A program made the translations under genes and the position numbers. Shown piece by piece: positions 26,704 through 33,939 of a DNA stretch of 36,343 nt (positions are counted from its first letter, which is position 1; every line of letters begins with the position of its first letter). The stretch comes from Candidatus Wolfebacteria bacterium. GTDB taxonomy: Bacteria > Patescibacteriota > Minisyncoccia > UBA6257 > UBA9933. Location of the stretch: positions 1 to 36,343 of the forward strand of contig JAFGBB010000032.1 of the NCBI GenBank assembly GCA_016933365.1. Reading direction: 5' to 3'. The notes beneath the pieces were generated by a model. It was not told the DNA's origin. It did no database searches and was given only the letters and a program-made list of their open reading frames with translations.

Positions 26704-28134
26704 ATGAAAACTATTTGTAAAAGAAATGAAAATTATTCGCAATGGTATCAGGACGTTATTGCGAGCGCTGATTTAGCCGAGCATTCAGTTGTGCGAGGAT
26801 GTATGATAATTAAGCCGTATGGTTATGCTATTTGGGAGAGAATAGTTTCTGTTTTAGATTCAATGCTTAAGAATAAAAAAATCAAAAATGCTTATTTTCC
26901 AATTTTTATTCCTCAAAGTTTTTTAGAGAAAGAAAAACAGCATATAGAGGGGTTTTCTCCTGAATTAGCCGTAGTAACGCATGGTGGAGGTAAAAAACTT
27001 GAAGAACCCTTAATTATTCGTCCAACGTCTGAAACAATAATTTATGAATCTTTTTCTAAATGGATTCAATCTTATCGTGATCTGCCTTTTGTGATAAATC
27101 AGTGGGCGAATGTAGTTAGATGGGAAATGCGTCCGAGATTATTTTTAAGAACAACAGAGTTTTTGTGGCAGGAGGGTCATACCGCGCATACTTCTCTTAA
27201 TGAAGCTGAAGATTACTCGTTAATGATACTTAATGAAGTATACGCGAAGTTCGCCGAGGAATATTTAGCTATGCCCGTGTACAAAGGTCAGAAGTCGGAT
27301 GGTGAAAAATTTGCCGGAGCTTTAAAAACTTTTTGTATTGAAGCTTTAATGCAGGATGGAAAATCCTTACAAGCCGGAACTTCTCATAATTTATCTGATA
27401 ATTTTTCTAAATCTTTTAATGTTACTTTTTTAGATAAAGATGAAAAAAGAAAAAATGTTTTTCAGACAAGTTGGGGCGTGAGTACAAGATTGATAGGTGG
27501 ATTAATTATGATTCATAGCGATGATAAAGGATTGGTTTTGCCGCCTAAAATTGCTCCTATACAAGTCGTGATTATTCCAATTATCAAAACCGGAGAAAAA
27601 AAAATTATTTCAAAAGCTCAATCTATTGCTAAGCAACTAACGGAATTTTCAGTGGAAGTTGATTTACGAGAAGATTTGCGACCGGGACAAAAATTTTATG
27701 AGTGGGAAAAAAAGGGTGTACCCGTAAGAATTGAGATTGGCCCCAAAGATTTGGAAAAGGGCGTTGTTATTCTTGTACGTCGTGATACGGGTAAAAAAGA
27801 AGAATGTTTAATAAACCAGCTTCCAAAACGCGTTGATAAACTTTTACGGGATATTCAGTTAAATATCTTTACAATAGCATTAAAGCATAGAGAGGAAAGT
27901 AATAAAATCGCTGATTCTTGGAAAGAATTTGAGGAACTTCTTAAACAGGGAGGATATGTATTTTCTTATTTTTGCGGAGAAAAAAAATGTGAAGCTGAAA
28001 TTAAAAATAAAACAAAAGCAGTAAGTAGATTTTTACCATTAGATATAGAAGAGGAAGAAGGTGATCATTATTGTATTCATTGCGGTAAAAAAACTTTTTA
28101 TAATAAACGTTGGGCATTTGCGCTATCATATTAG
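26704..28134 (+). CDS. proS: Prolyl-tRNA synthetase, archaeal/eukaryote-like type
   Basis: 476 aa. Class II motifs (IRPTSET, FLWQEGHTAH, LQAGTSHNL), an anticodon-binding domain, and the C-terminal Zn-binding domain ending in the conserved terminal Tyr (ALSY). Confidence 0.9.
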   Translation: MKTICKRNENYSQWYQDVIASADLAEHSVVRGCMIIKPYGYAIWERIVSVLDSMLKNKKIKNAYFPIFIPQSFLEKEKQHIEGFSPELAVVTHGGGKKLEEPLIIRPTSETIIYESFSKWIQSYRDLPFVINQWANVVRWEMRPRLFLRTTEFLWQEGHTAHTSLNEAEDYSLMILNEVYAKFAEEYLAMPVYKGQKSDGEKFAGALKTFCIEALMQDGKSLQAGTSHNLSDNFSKSFNVTFLDKDEKRKNVFQTSWGVSTRLIGGLIMIHSDDKGLVLPPKIAPIQVVIIPIIKTGEKKIISKAQSIAKQLTEFSVEVDLREDLRPGQKFYEWEKKGVPVRIEIGPKDLEKGVVILVRRDTGKKEECLINQLPKRVDKLLRDIQLNIFTIALKHREESNKIADSWKEFEELLKQGGYVFSYFCGEKKCEAEIKNKTKAVSRFLPLDIEEEEGDHYCIHCGKKTFYNKRWAFALSY

Positions 28135-28149
28135 ATAAGGAGGTGAAAA

Positions 28150-28272
28150 ATGTTTGAATCAGTAAGACTTGAGCTAACTGGGAGATGTGATATGAGATGT
28201 CTTTATTGTCATGCAGGTGAAAAAAATACTAGTTGTTATAATAAAGACGAACTTTCTCAAATTAATAAATAA
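28150..28272 (+). pseudogene. Truncated radical-SAM gene fragment (40 codons)
   Basis: MFESVRLELTGRCDMRCLYCHAGEK carries an intact CxxxCxxC start of a radical-SAM domain, but a stop follows after 40 codons. SD-like aaggaggtg upstream. Confidence 0.4.
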
Positions 28273-28279
28273 TAAAAAT

Positions 28280-29206
28280 ATGAAAAAAATATTTATTGTT
28301 CTAATAATCTTAGTTGTTTTAATCGCAATTTTGCTTGCTTGGTTTTTTATAATTAATAATTCTGAAAATAACGAAAAGCCAATTGTTTGCGCGATGGATG
28401 TAAAAATTTGTTCAGATGGGTCTTATGTGAGTCGGTTTGGTCCTGATTGCGAATTTGCGCCTTGCCCTAAAGAAGACTTAATTCAGATAGAAAATTTACA
28501 AGTTAATCAAGTTATTAATAGTCCGCTTTTTATTGAAGGTAAAGCCAGGGGTTATTGGTTTTTTGAAGCAAATTTTCCAATTAAACTTTTTGACGCGGAA
28601 GGAAAACTTTTAGGGATTGCCATTGCTCAAGCGCAAAATGAAAATGGGGTAGGTTGGATGACTGAAGACTTTGTACCTTTTAAGGCGAATTTGGAATTTG
28701 AGCTTCCAAAGACTGAAATGGGAATTCTTGTTTTTGAAAAAGATAATCCTTCCGGTCTTTTGGAAAACGCTGATGAATTAAGAATGCCAGTTTCTTTTCT
28801 TACGGAAAGTAGAAAAGTAAATCTTTATTATTATAATCCTGAATTAGATAAAGATTCTTTTGATAATATCCAGTGTAGTCAAAATGGTTTAGTGGCGGTT
28901 TCAAGGCAAATTCCTATAAGTCAAACTCCAATTCAAGATACAATTAAGCTTTTACTTTTAGGCAATCTTACTCAGGAAGAAAAATCACAGGGAATTGAAA
29001 CAGAATATCCTTTAGACGGATTTTCTCTTAAAAGCGCTTCTTTAAATAATGAAGTTTTAACACTTGAATTTAACGATTCTTTAAATAAAACAATAGGCGG
29101 TTCTTGTCGCACCGGTATTCTTTGGTTCCAAATTGAAGCAACGGCCAAACAATTTCCTGAGGTTCAAGAAGTTCGTTTTTTACCTGAAGACATTTTTCAA
29201 CCCTAA
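28280..29206 (+). CDS. Membrane-anchored Gmad2 (Ig-like) plus GerMN domain protein
   Basis: I prefer the start MKKIFIVLIILVVLIAILLAWFFI (ATG 28280) over the track start at 28211. INSPLFIEGKARGYWFFEANFPIKLFD is Gmad2-like, and the C-terminal half is GerMN-like (IQDTIKLLLLG...). Confidence 0.5.
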   Translation: MKKIFIVLIILVVLIAILLAWFFIINNSENNEKPIVCAMDVKICSDGSYVSRFGPDCEFAPCPKEDLIQIENLQVNQVINSPLFIEGKARGYWFFEANFPIKLFDAEGKLLGIAIAQAQNENGVGWMTEDFVPFKANLEFELPKTEMGILVFEKDNPSGLLENADELRMPVSFLTESRKVNLYYYNPELDKDSFDNIQCSQNGLVAVSRQIPISQTPIQDTIKLLLLGNLTQEEKSQGIETEYPLDGFSLKSASLNNEVLTLEFNDSLNKTIGGSCRTGILWFQIEATAKQFPEVQEVRFLPEDIFQP

Positions 29207-29242
29207 AATTGAAATTATAACTTTTAAAAATCGAATATTTTT

Positions 29243-29271
29243 AATATATTGACGTCGGACGTCAATATATT
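29243..29271. repeat. Perfect 14-bp-arm palindrome
   Basis: AATATATTGACGTC-g-GACGTCAATATATT, 37 nt after the stop at 29206. The core contains two AatII-type GACGTC sites. Confidence 0.7.
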
Positions 29272-29307
29272 GGTTTAGATAATTGTTTTGAGTGTAAGGT
29301 TGTTTTT

Positions 29308-29336
29308 TTGACAAAATAAATTTGTTATGTTATATT
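29308..29336 (+). promoter_or_regulatory. Sigma70-type promoter
   Basis: TTGACA (29308-29313), 17 nt, TATATT (29331-29336), upstream of a strong SD (aaaggaggag) and the ATG at 29378. Confidence 0.5.
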
Positions 29337-29377
29337 TATTTTAGTAAATTACTAATTTTATAAAGGAGGAGAAAATA

Positions 29378-29569
29378 ATGTATTTTTTTAAAAAACTTCA
29401 AACAGCAGATATTCTTGAAATAAGGTCAGAGGATGGTTCCTTGGTTGGGGTAATTTTACCAACTAATAAAGGAATTAAAATTGTCAGCAAGGAGATTGCT
29501 GACAGTGTAGATAAAAACATTAAAATTGATCGGTCGCCTCCAGCGCCGACAATTATAATCAATTTTTAA
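29378..29569 (+). CDS. Small hypothetical protein (63 aa)
   Basis: Strong SD, its own promoter and its own terminator. No recognisable motif. Confidence 0.5.
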   Translation: MYFFKKLQTADILEIRSEDGSLVGVILPTNKGIKIVSKEIADSVDKNIKIDRSPPAPTIIINF

Positions 29570-29590
29570 AATCCTTTTTAAAAATTGATT

Positions 29591-29620
29591 AAGAGCTAAC
29601 AAAAGTTGGCTCTTTTTTTT
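29591..29620 (+). terminator. Intrinsic terminator
   Basis: aagagctaac-aaaa-gttggctctt stem (10 bp including one G-U) followed by T8. Confidence 0.7.
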
Positions 29621-29665
29621 ATGTATTTTTTAATAACTTAATTTGATATTTTTAAAGTTTATTAA

Positions 29666-29694
29666 TTGAAATACTTTAAATAAAAAGTTAAAAT
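29666..29694 (+). promoter_or_regulatory. Candidate promoter of the radC2 operon
   Basis: TTGAAA (29666-29671), 17 nt, TAAAAT (29689-29694). It lies only about 8 nt before the ATG at 29703, which would give a near-leaderless mRNA. Confidence 0.35.
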
Positions 29695-29702
29695 AATAAA
29701 AT

Positions 29703-30365
29703 ATGAAAATAAAAGATTTTCCAAAAGTGGATAGACCTAGAGAAAAATTGGAAAAATACGGGCCGGAAAAATTATCTAATTCGGAACTTTTGGCAATTTT
29801 ATTAAGAACCGGAGGTAAGGGTGTTAATGTTGTTGAATTAGCTAAAAAGATTTTAGCTAAATTTAGCGGAGTTGGTTTGGCTAAAGCAAGTTTTAAGGAT
29901 TTAAAAAATACTTTTGGCTTGGGCGCGGCCAAGACTTGCGAAATTGTTGCTTGTTTTGAACTTGGTCGCCGGTTTTTAAAAAACAAGAAATCAATTTTAT
30001 TGCTTTCTCCACAAGATGTTTGGAATGAATTAAAAGATATTCGGGATAATAAAAAAGAACATTTTGTTATTTTCTTTTTAGACGCGCGTAATCAAGAAAT
30101 TAGGCGGGAAATTATTTCGGTTGGTTCGCTTAATGCCAATCTTGTTCATCCGCGCGAAGTTTTTGAGCCGGCAGTTGCCAGTTTGGCGGCGCAAATCATA
30201 ATAGCTCATAATCATCCATCTGGTAATCCAGAGGCGTCTGAAGAGGATTTAAAAATAACAAAAAGGTTGGTTGAAGCCGGTAAAATTCTTGGAATAGATG
30301 TTATCGACCACGTGGTAGTGTCTGAAGGGGAATATTTCAGTTTTAAAGAGAAAAAGTTAATATAA
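29703..30365 (+). CDS. radC: RadC-family JAB/MPN (JAMM) domain protein, copy 2
   Basis: 220 aa, collinear with copy 1. JAMM motif HNHPSGNPEASEED starts at nt 30207, the same codon position as in copy 1. The stop lies 4 nt before the next ATG. Confidence 0.85.
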   Translation: MKIKDFPKVDRPREKLEKYGPEKLSNSELLAILLRTGGKGVNVVELAKKILAKFSGVGLAKASFKDLKNTFGLGAAKTCEIVACFELGRRFLKNKKSILLLSPQDVWNELKDIRDNKKEHFVIFFLDARNQEIRREIISVGSLNANLVHPREVFEPAVASLAAQIIIAHNHPSGNPEASEEDLKITKRLVEAGKILGIDVIDHVVVSEGEYFSFKEKKLI

Positions 30366-30369
30366 AATT

Positions 30370-31080
30370 ATGGATATTTCACAGGATATTTTGAATAAAT
30401 TTTTTACGAGAGAAGATTATTTAGAGTGGATAAGGCAAGAGATGGCGATTTTTGCGTATTTAGACCTGACTAATATGTTCCACTGGCAAGATATTTTGGG
30501 TTGGAAATTTAGAGTAGAAGATGTTATTAAACAACTTTTTACTTTTCCAAATATTAAAGAAGTTAAGGTGTATTATGGATTAAATCCGCGGGACAGAAAA
30601 AATTCCGAAGCTTTTTTAAATCGTATAAAGAAAGCAGGGGCGAGTTTAAGGCCAAATCTGCCAAAGGAAATGAAATTTATTAGAAAAGATATTAATGAAG
30701 CCTTCTTTTTTCAGAGGAGAACGATGGATTTATTTGATGGTGGAACTAAAGAAAAAATTCATAAATTTATAGAAGAATTGGAAAAGTCGGGGATTATTAT
30801 TGAAGAGCCAAAATGTAATTTTGATGTTGAAATGACGATGGATATGCTGGATGACACGGAAAAATTGACCGCGGTGATGCTTTTTTCCGGGGATTCCGAT
30901 ATGCGCGCTCCATTAGAGCGTTTAAGGGTTAAGGGCAAGAAAATTGGTGTTGTTGGCGTAAGGGGAATAGTAGCGGGAGAATTACACACATTAGAAGATA
31001 AATATATTGATTTTGGCAAGTTTTATACGGGAAAAAGGACTTATAAAAGCGAAAATCCCGCCAGAGGCGGGACCGCGTGA
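30370..31080 (+). CDS. NYN/LabA-like (PIN-fold) ribonuclease-domain protein 1
   Basis: 236 aa. AIFAYLDLTNMF (first Asp), CNFDVEMTMDMLD, and MLFSGDSDMRAPLERLRVKGKKIGVVG (SGDSD at 30886-30900) follow the LabA/NYN acidic-residue pattern. Confidence 0.7.
   Translation: MDISQDILNKFFTREDYLEWIRQEMAIFAYLDLTNMFHWQDILGWKFRVEDVIKQLFTFPNIKEVKVYYGLNPRDRKNSEAFLNRIKKAGASLRPNLPKEMKFIRKDINEAFFFQRRTMDLFDGGTKEKIHKFIEELEKSGIIIEEPKCNFDVEMTMDMLDDTEKLTAVMLFSGDSDMRAPLERLRVKGKKIGVVGVRGIVAGELHTLEDKYIDFGKFYTGKRTYKSENPARGGTA
31057..31071 (+). other. GC-rich hairpin inside the last codons of NYN gene 1
   Basis: cccgcc-aga-ggcggg: a 6-bp all-G/C stem in an otherwise AT-rich context, 7 nt before the TGA stop. Confidence 0.6.
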
Positions 31081-31148
31081 TTAGTAGAATTACTCCTACA
31101 AAATCAATATAACAAACAAACGGCTCAATCGTCAATCCCAATCTGGGG

Positions 31149-31190
31149 ATAACTCGATTTCATTGAATTTGGGCCTCAAGAGGCGAAAAT
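31149..31190 (+). repeat. Junction repeat, copy A (left flank of the TA cassette)
   Basis: ataactcgatttcattgaatttgggcctcaagaggcgaaaat. By my hand alignment it matches 31803-31845 at 34 of 43 positions. Confidence 0.6.
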
Positions 31191-31196
31191 AGACTC

Positions 31197-31231
31197 TTGA
31201 CAGTTTATTTGTTTGTACGTTATTATGTACA
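31197..31231 (+). promoter_or_regulatory. TA-module promoter with a possible autoregulatory palindrome
   Basis: TTGACA (31197-31202), then 18 nt, then TATTAT (31221-31226). TGTAC-N8-GTACA (31214-31231) straddles the -10. Confidence 0.5.
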
Positions 31232-31256
31232 TATGAATATAAACACAAAAACAACA

Positions 31257-31601
31257 ATGTCTATTTCCGAGGCGAGGAAAAGAATTTTTGAAATCGCCAA
31301 AGAGGTTCAAAAACCGGGTAATTTTTATACCTTGACTGAAAAAGGCCGTCAAAAAGCCGTGATTATGTCTGCCGAGGAATTTGAATCTTGGGCGGAAACT
31401 TTGGAAGTGATGAAGGAATTTCCTAATTTAAAAAAAGAAATAAAAGAAACCAATAAAGCTATTAAAAGCGGGGAATACAAAAAATGGACAACTCTTGAGG
31501 AAATTTTAGCGAAAGAAGGATTTGTCTTTGCCGATAAGTCCTCAAAAAAATATGGAGTATCAGCTAAGGTTAAAACCAAGAGCCGAAAAAGAGTTAAATA
31601 G
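31257..31601 (+). CDS. Phd/YefM-family type II antitoxin
   Basis: MSISEARKRIFEIAKEV...AVIMSAEEFESWAETLEVM is the classic Phd/YefM N-terminal domain. The start is ATG 31257 or 31233. The track start at 31197 is the promoter -35 and is rejected. The 3' end overlaps the toxin gene by 50 nt. Confidence 0.75.
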   Translation: MSISEARKRIFEIAKEVQKPGNFYTLTEKGRQKAVIMSAEEFESWAETLEVMKEFPNLKKEIKETNKAIKSGEYKKWTTLEEILAKEGFVFADKSSKKYGVSAKVKTKSRKRVK

Positions 31602-31806
31602 TCTTTCGCGAAAAGATTATTATAAAATTCTAACGGTTTTAACGGGATTGGCAAAAAACCCCTTTTCCGGGAAAAAACTGGAAGGGGAATATAGGGGTTA
31701 TTATTCAACTCGCGCCTGGCCGTACAGAATCATTTATCAGGCGTTTAAAAAGGAACTTATCGTTCTTATTATTTATATTGGCCACAGACAAGGAGTTTAT
31801 AAATAA
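31552..31806 (+). CDS. RelE/ParE-family type II toxin
   Basis: MEYQLRLKPRAEKELNSL...LAKNPFSGKKLEGEYRGYYSTRAWPYRIIYQ...IGHRQGVY matches the RelE/ParE consensus. I prefer ATG 31552 over the track start at 31522. Confidence 0.8.
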   Translation: MEYQLRLKPRAEKELNSLSRKDYYKILTVLTGLAKNPFSGKKLEGEYRGYYSTRAWPYRIIYQAFKKELIVLIIYIGHRQGVYK

Positions 31807-31845
31807 CTCAGTTTTATTGAATTTAGGTCCAAAAAGGCGTAAAAT
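31803..31845 (+). repeat. Junction repeat, copy B (right flank of the TA cassette)
   Basis: ataactcagttttattgaatttaggtccaaaaaggcgtaaaat. It begins inside the relE stop codon and sits 20 nt upstream of the methylase ATG. Confidence 0.6.
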
Positions 31846-31865
31846 TATAGTAAATTTATGATTTT

Positions 31866-33938
31866 ATGAAAAATATCTCAAATATTATCAAAGATTCAAA
31901 TTACGGTTTTTCGATTTTTGATCAGAAGTTAGTTGAAGAATTAGAAGATAAAATTACTATTAAAGACGGCAAGCCATATATTGTTTGTATTATTCGTAAT
32001 AAAGAAATTATTTTAAAGCCCGAAGAAGTTGTTCGTCAACTTTATGCGATGAAATTAATTAAAGAATATGGCTATTCAAAACAGAGGATTAAGTTTGAAC
32101 ACGCAATTCATTTTGGTCGCGAGGTAAAATCTGCCGATATTGTTATTTTTGATAAAGATCGGCCGATGGTTGAGTATATTATAATTGAAATTAAGAAACC
32201 AAAACTTCAAGACGGAAAAAATCAGCTTCGTTCTTATACTAATGCTACCGGCGCGCCGATTGCTGTTTGGACTAATGGCGGACAGATTTCGCATTATAAT
32301 CGCAAAGATCCAAACTATTTTGAGGATATTACTGATATTCCTAAATCTGATCAAACACTCGAAGATATTTTAAAAGAAAGGTTTACCCTTAAAGATTTAA
32401 TTATTAAAGATAAAATACCAAACGAAGGAAAATCACTTAAAACTATTATTCAGGAAATGGAAGATGAGGTTTTGGCAAACGCTGGAGTGGATGTTTTTGA
32501 AGAAGTTTTTAAACTTATTTTTACAAAATTATATGATGAACGTAAAAGCGCTAAAGATAAGGAAATTATTAATTATTTTTTGAATCAAAAAGATTTCCCG
32601 ATGGTTATTGCGGATAAACCGTACGTTAAATATGGCGAAAGCAAAGAAAAATCATATGATGAATTAAAAGAGATTATCAGTGAGATTGACGATAGTAAAT
32701 TCAGAGTGCTTGAATTTAGAAATACCGGACAATCTGAAAGCGAGCTAAAAAAGAAAATCCAAAAACTTTTTGACGAAGCCAAAGTCAAATGGCCGGGCGT
32801 TTTTGACGAAACTAGCCAAATTCAGCTTTCGCCCTCCCATCTTTCAATTAGTGTTTCTAGCTTGCAAGACATTAAACTATTCAATTCCAATCTACAAATT
32901 ATTGATGAAGCATTTGAGTATTTGGTCAATAAATCATCAAAAGGAGAAAAAGGCCAATATTTCACGCCTCGTCACGTGATTGATATGTGCGTTAAAATGC
33001 TTAATCCTAAAGCGGGTGAATATATGGTAGATACCGCCGCCGGCTCTTGCGGATTTACAGTGCACACAATTTTTCAAATCACAGGACACTTATTTCAAAA
33101 TACTGATATTTCCGAAGAAGAAAAAGAAAATGTGCTTAAAGTTTTTGGTATAGATTTTGACGAAAAAGTCGTGCGCGTAGCTCGCACTTTAAACTTAATC
33201 GCCGGAGACGGAAATACCAATGTTTTACACTTGAACAACTTGGATTATGAACGTTGGAATGAATCAATCCAAAATCGCGATTGGTTAGAAGTGTATGGAG
33301 CAGGTTTAAAAAGACTTGAAGCTTTGCAAAAAGATAAAAGTTCTTACAAAGAATTTAATTTTGATATTCTTATGGCGAATCCGCCGTTTGCTGGAGATAT
33401 TAAGGAATCTCGCATAATTCATAAATATGATCTTGGTTACAACGACAAAAATAAACCAAAGTCAAAAGTCGGCCGCGATATTTTATTTATTGAAAGAAAC
33501 TTAAACTTTTTGAAGCCAGGCGGAAGAATGGCGATTGTGTTGCCGCAAGGCCGTTTTAACAATACATCGGACAAAAATATTCGCGAGTATATTTCTGAAA
33601 AAGCCAGAATTTTGGCAGTAGTCGGGCTGAATGTAAACACTTTCAAACCACACACGGGAACCAAAACCAGCGTGCTTTTTGTACAAAAATGGGACGATAA
33701 ACTTTGTCCGAAAGTTGAAGATTATCCGATTTTCTTTACTGTGTCCGAGAAACCCGGCAAGGATAATTCCGGCGAGTATGTTTTCTTGAAAAACGGCGGC
33801 GGTCAGTCGAAATTGGATAAAAATGGACACTTTATAATTAATCACGACTTACACAATCAAGACGGCGAATTGCCCGACGGCGTGGCGGAAAAGTTTATTG
33901 AATGGGCAAAAAAAGAGAAATTAAGTTTTTGGAAATAA
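31866..33938 (+). CDS. hsdM: N6-adenine DNA methyltransferase, HsdM-like (gamma class), with N-terminal HSDR_N-type domain
   Basis: 690 aa. N-terminal PEEVVRQLY...SADIVIFD...IIIEIKKP is HSDR_N-like. GQYFTPRHV, motif I VDTAAGSCGF (33027-33056) and motif IV MANPPFAG (NPPF 33378-33389). Confidence 0.8.
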   Translation: MKNISNIIKDSNYGFSIFDQKLVEELEDKITIKDGKPYIVCIIRNKEIILKPEEVVRQLYAMKLIKEYGYSKQRIKFEHAIHFGREVKSADIVIFDKDRPMVEYIIIEIKKPKLQDGKNQLRSYTNATGAPIAVWTNGGQISHYNRKDPNYFEDITDIPKSDQTLEDILKERFTLKDLIIKDKIPNEGKSLKTIIQEMEDEVLANAGVDVFEEVFKLIFTKLYDERKSAKDKEIINYFLNQKDFPMVIADKPYVKYGESKEKSYDELKEIISEIDDSKFRVLEFRNTGQSESELKKKIQKLFDEAKVKWPGVFDETSQIQLSPSHLSISVSSLQDIKLFNSNLQIIDEAFEYLVNKSSKGEKGQYFTPRHVIDMCVKMLNPKAGEYMVDTAAGSCGFTVHTIFQITGHLFQNTDISEEEKENVLKVFGIDFDEKVVRVARTLNLIAGDGNTNVLHLNNLDYERWNESIQNRDWLEVYGAGLKRLEALQKDKSSYKEFNFDILMANPPFAGDIKESRIIHKYDLGYNDKNKPKSKVGRDILFIERNLNFLKPGGRMAIVLPQGRFNNTSDKNIREYISEKARILAVVGLNVNTFKPHTGTKTSVLFVQKWDDKLCPKVEDYPIFFTVSEKPGKDNSGEYVFLKNGGGQSKLDKNGHFIINHDLHNQDGELPDGVAEKFIEWAKKEKLSFWK
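33861..33938 (+). repeat. 78-bp direct repeat, copy 1 (the 3' end of the methylase gene)
   Basis: gacggCgaattgcccgacggcgtggcggaaaag...tttttggaaataa, identical to 34656-34733 except for one base (position 6). Confidence 0.9.
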
Positions 33939-33939
33939 T

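Noticed and set aside
29630-29986. 118-aa minus-strand ORF antisense to the radC2 5' end. Similar antisense ORFs lie at 30759-31141, 31349-31708, 32076-32354, 32585-32788, 33437-33845 and 35226-35519.
   Set aside because: They are embedded antisense in ORFs with clear family motifs, and their translations are low-complexity.
47-30365. The possibility that the two radC copies reflect an assembly duplication, or that the window ends belong to one circular element.
   Set aside because: The copies differ at many nucleotide positions and in base composition, and their flanks are unrelated, so they are genuine paralogs. Circularity cannot be judged from this window.
31050-31080. The C-terminal ..ARGGTA and ..PPQGGLP tails of the two NYN proteins read as ubiquitin-like Gly-Gly precursors processed by the neighbouring RadC JAB peptidase.
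   Set aside because: The Gly codons are simply the G-rich arm of GC hairpins. The NYN fold is not a beta-grasp, and only NYN1 is adjacent to a JAB gene. I keep it as a remote possibility only.
31097-31110. A short shared motif, TA(G)CAAAATCA followed by GTCAAT, downstream of both NYN genes (about 31097-31130 and about 34594-34620).
   Set aside because: The match is 10-11 nt in very AT-rich DNA and sits at different distances from the stop codons. I cannot distinguish it from chance without statistics.
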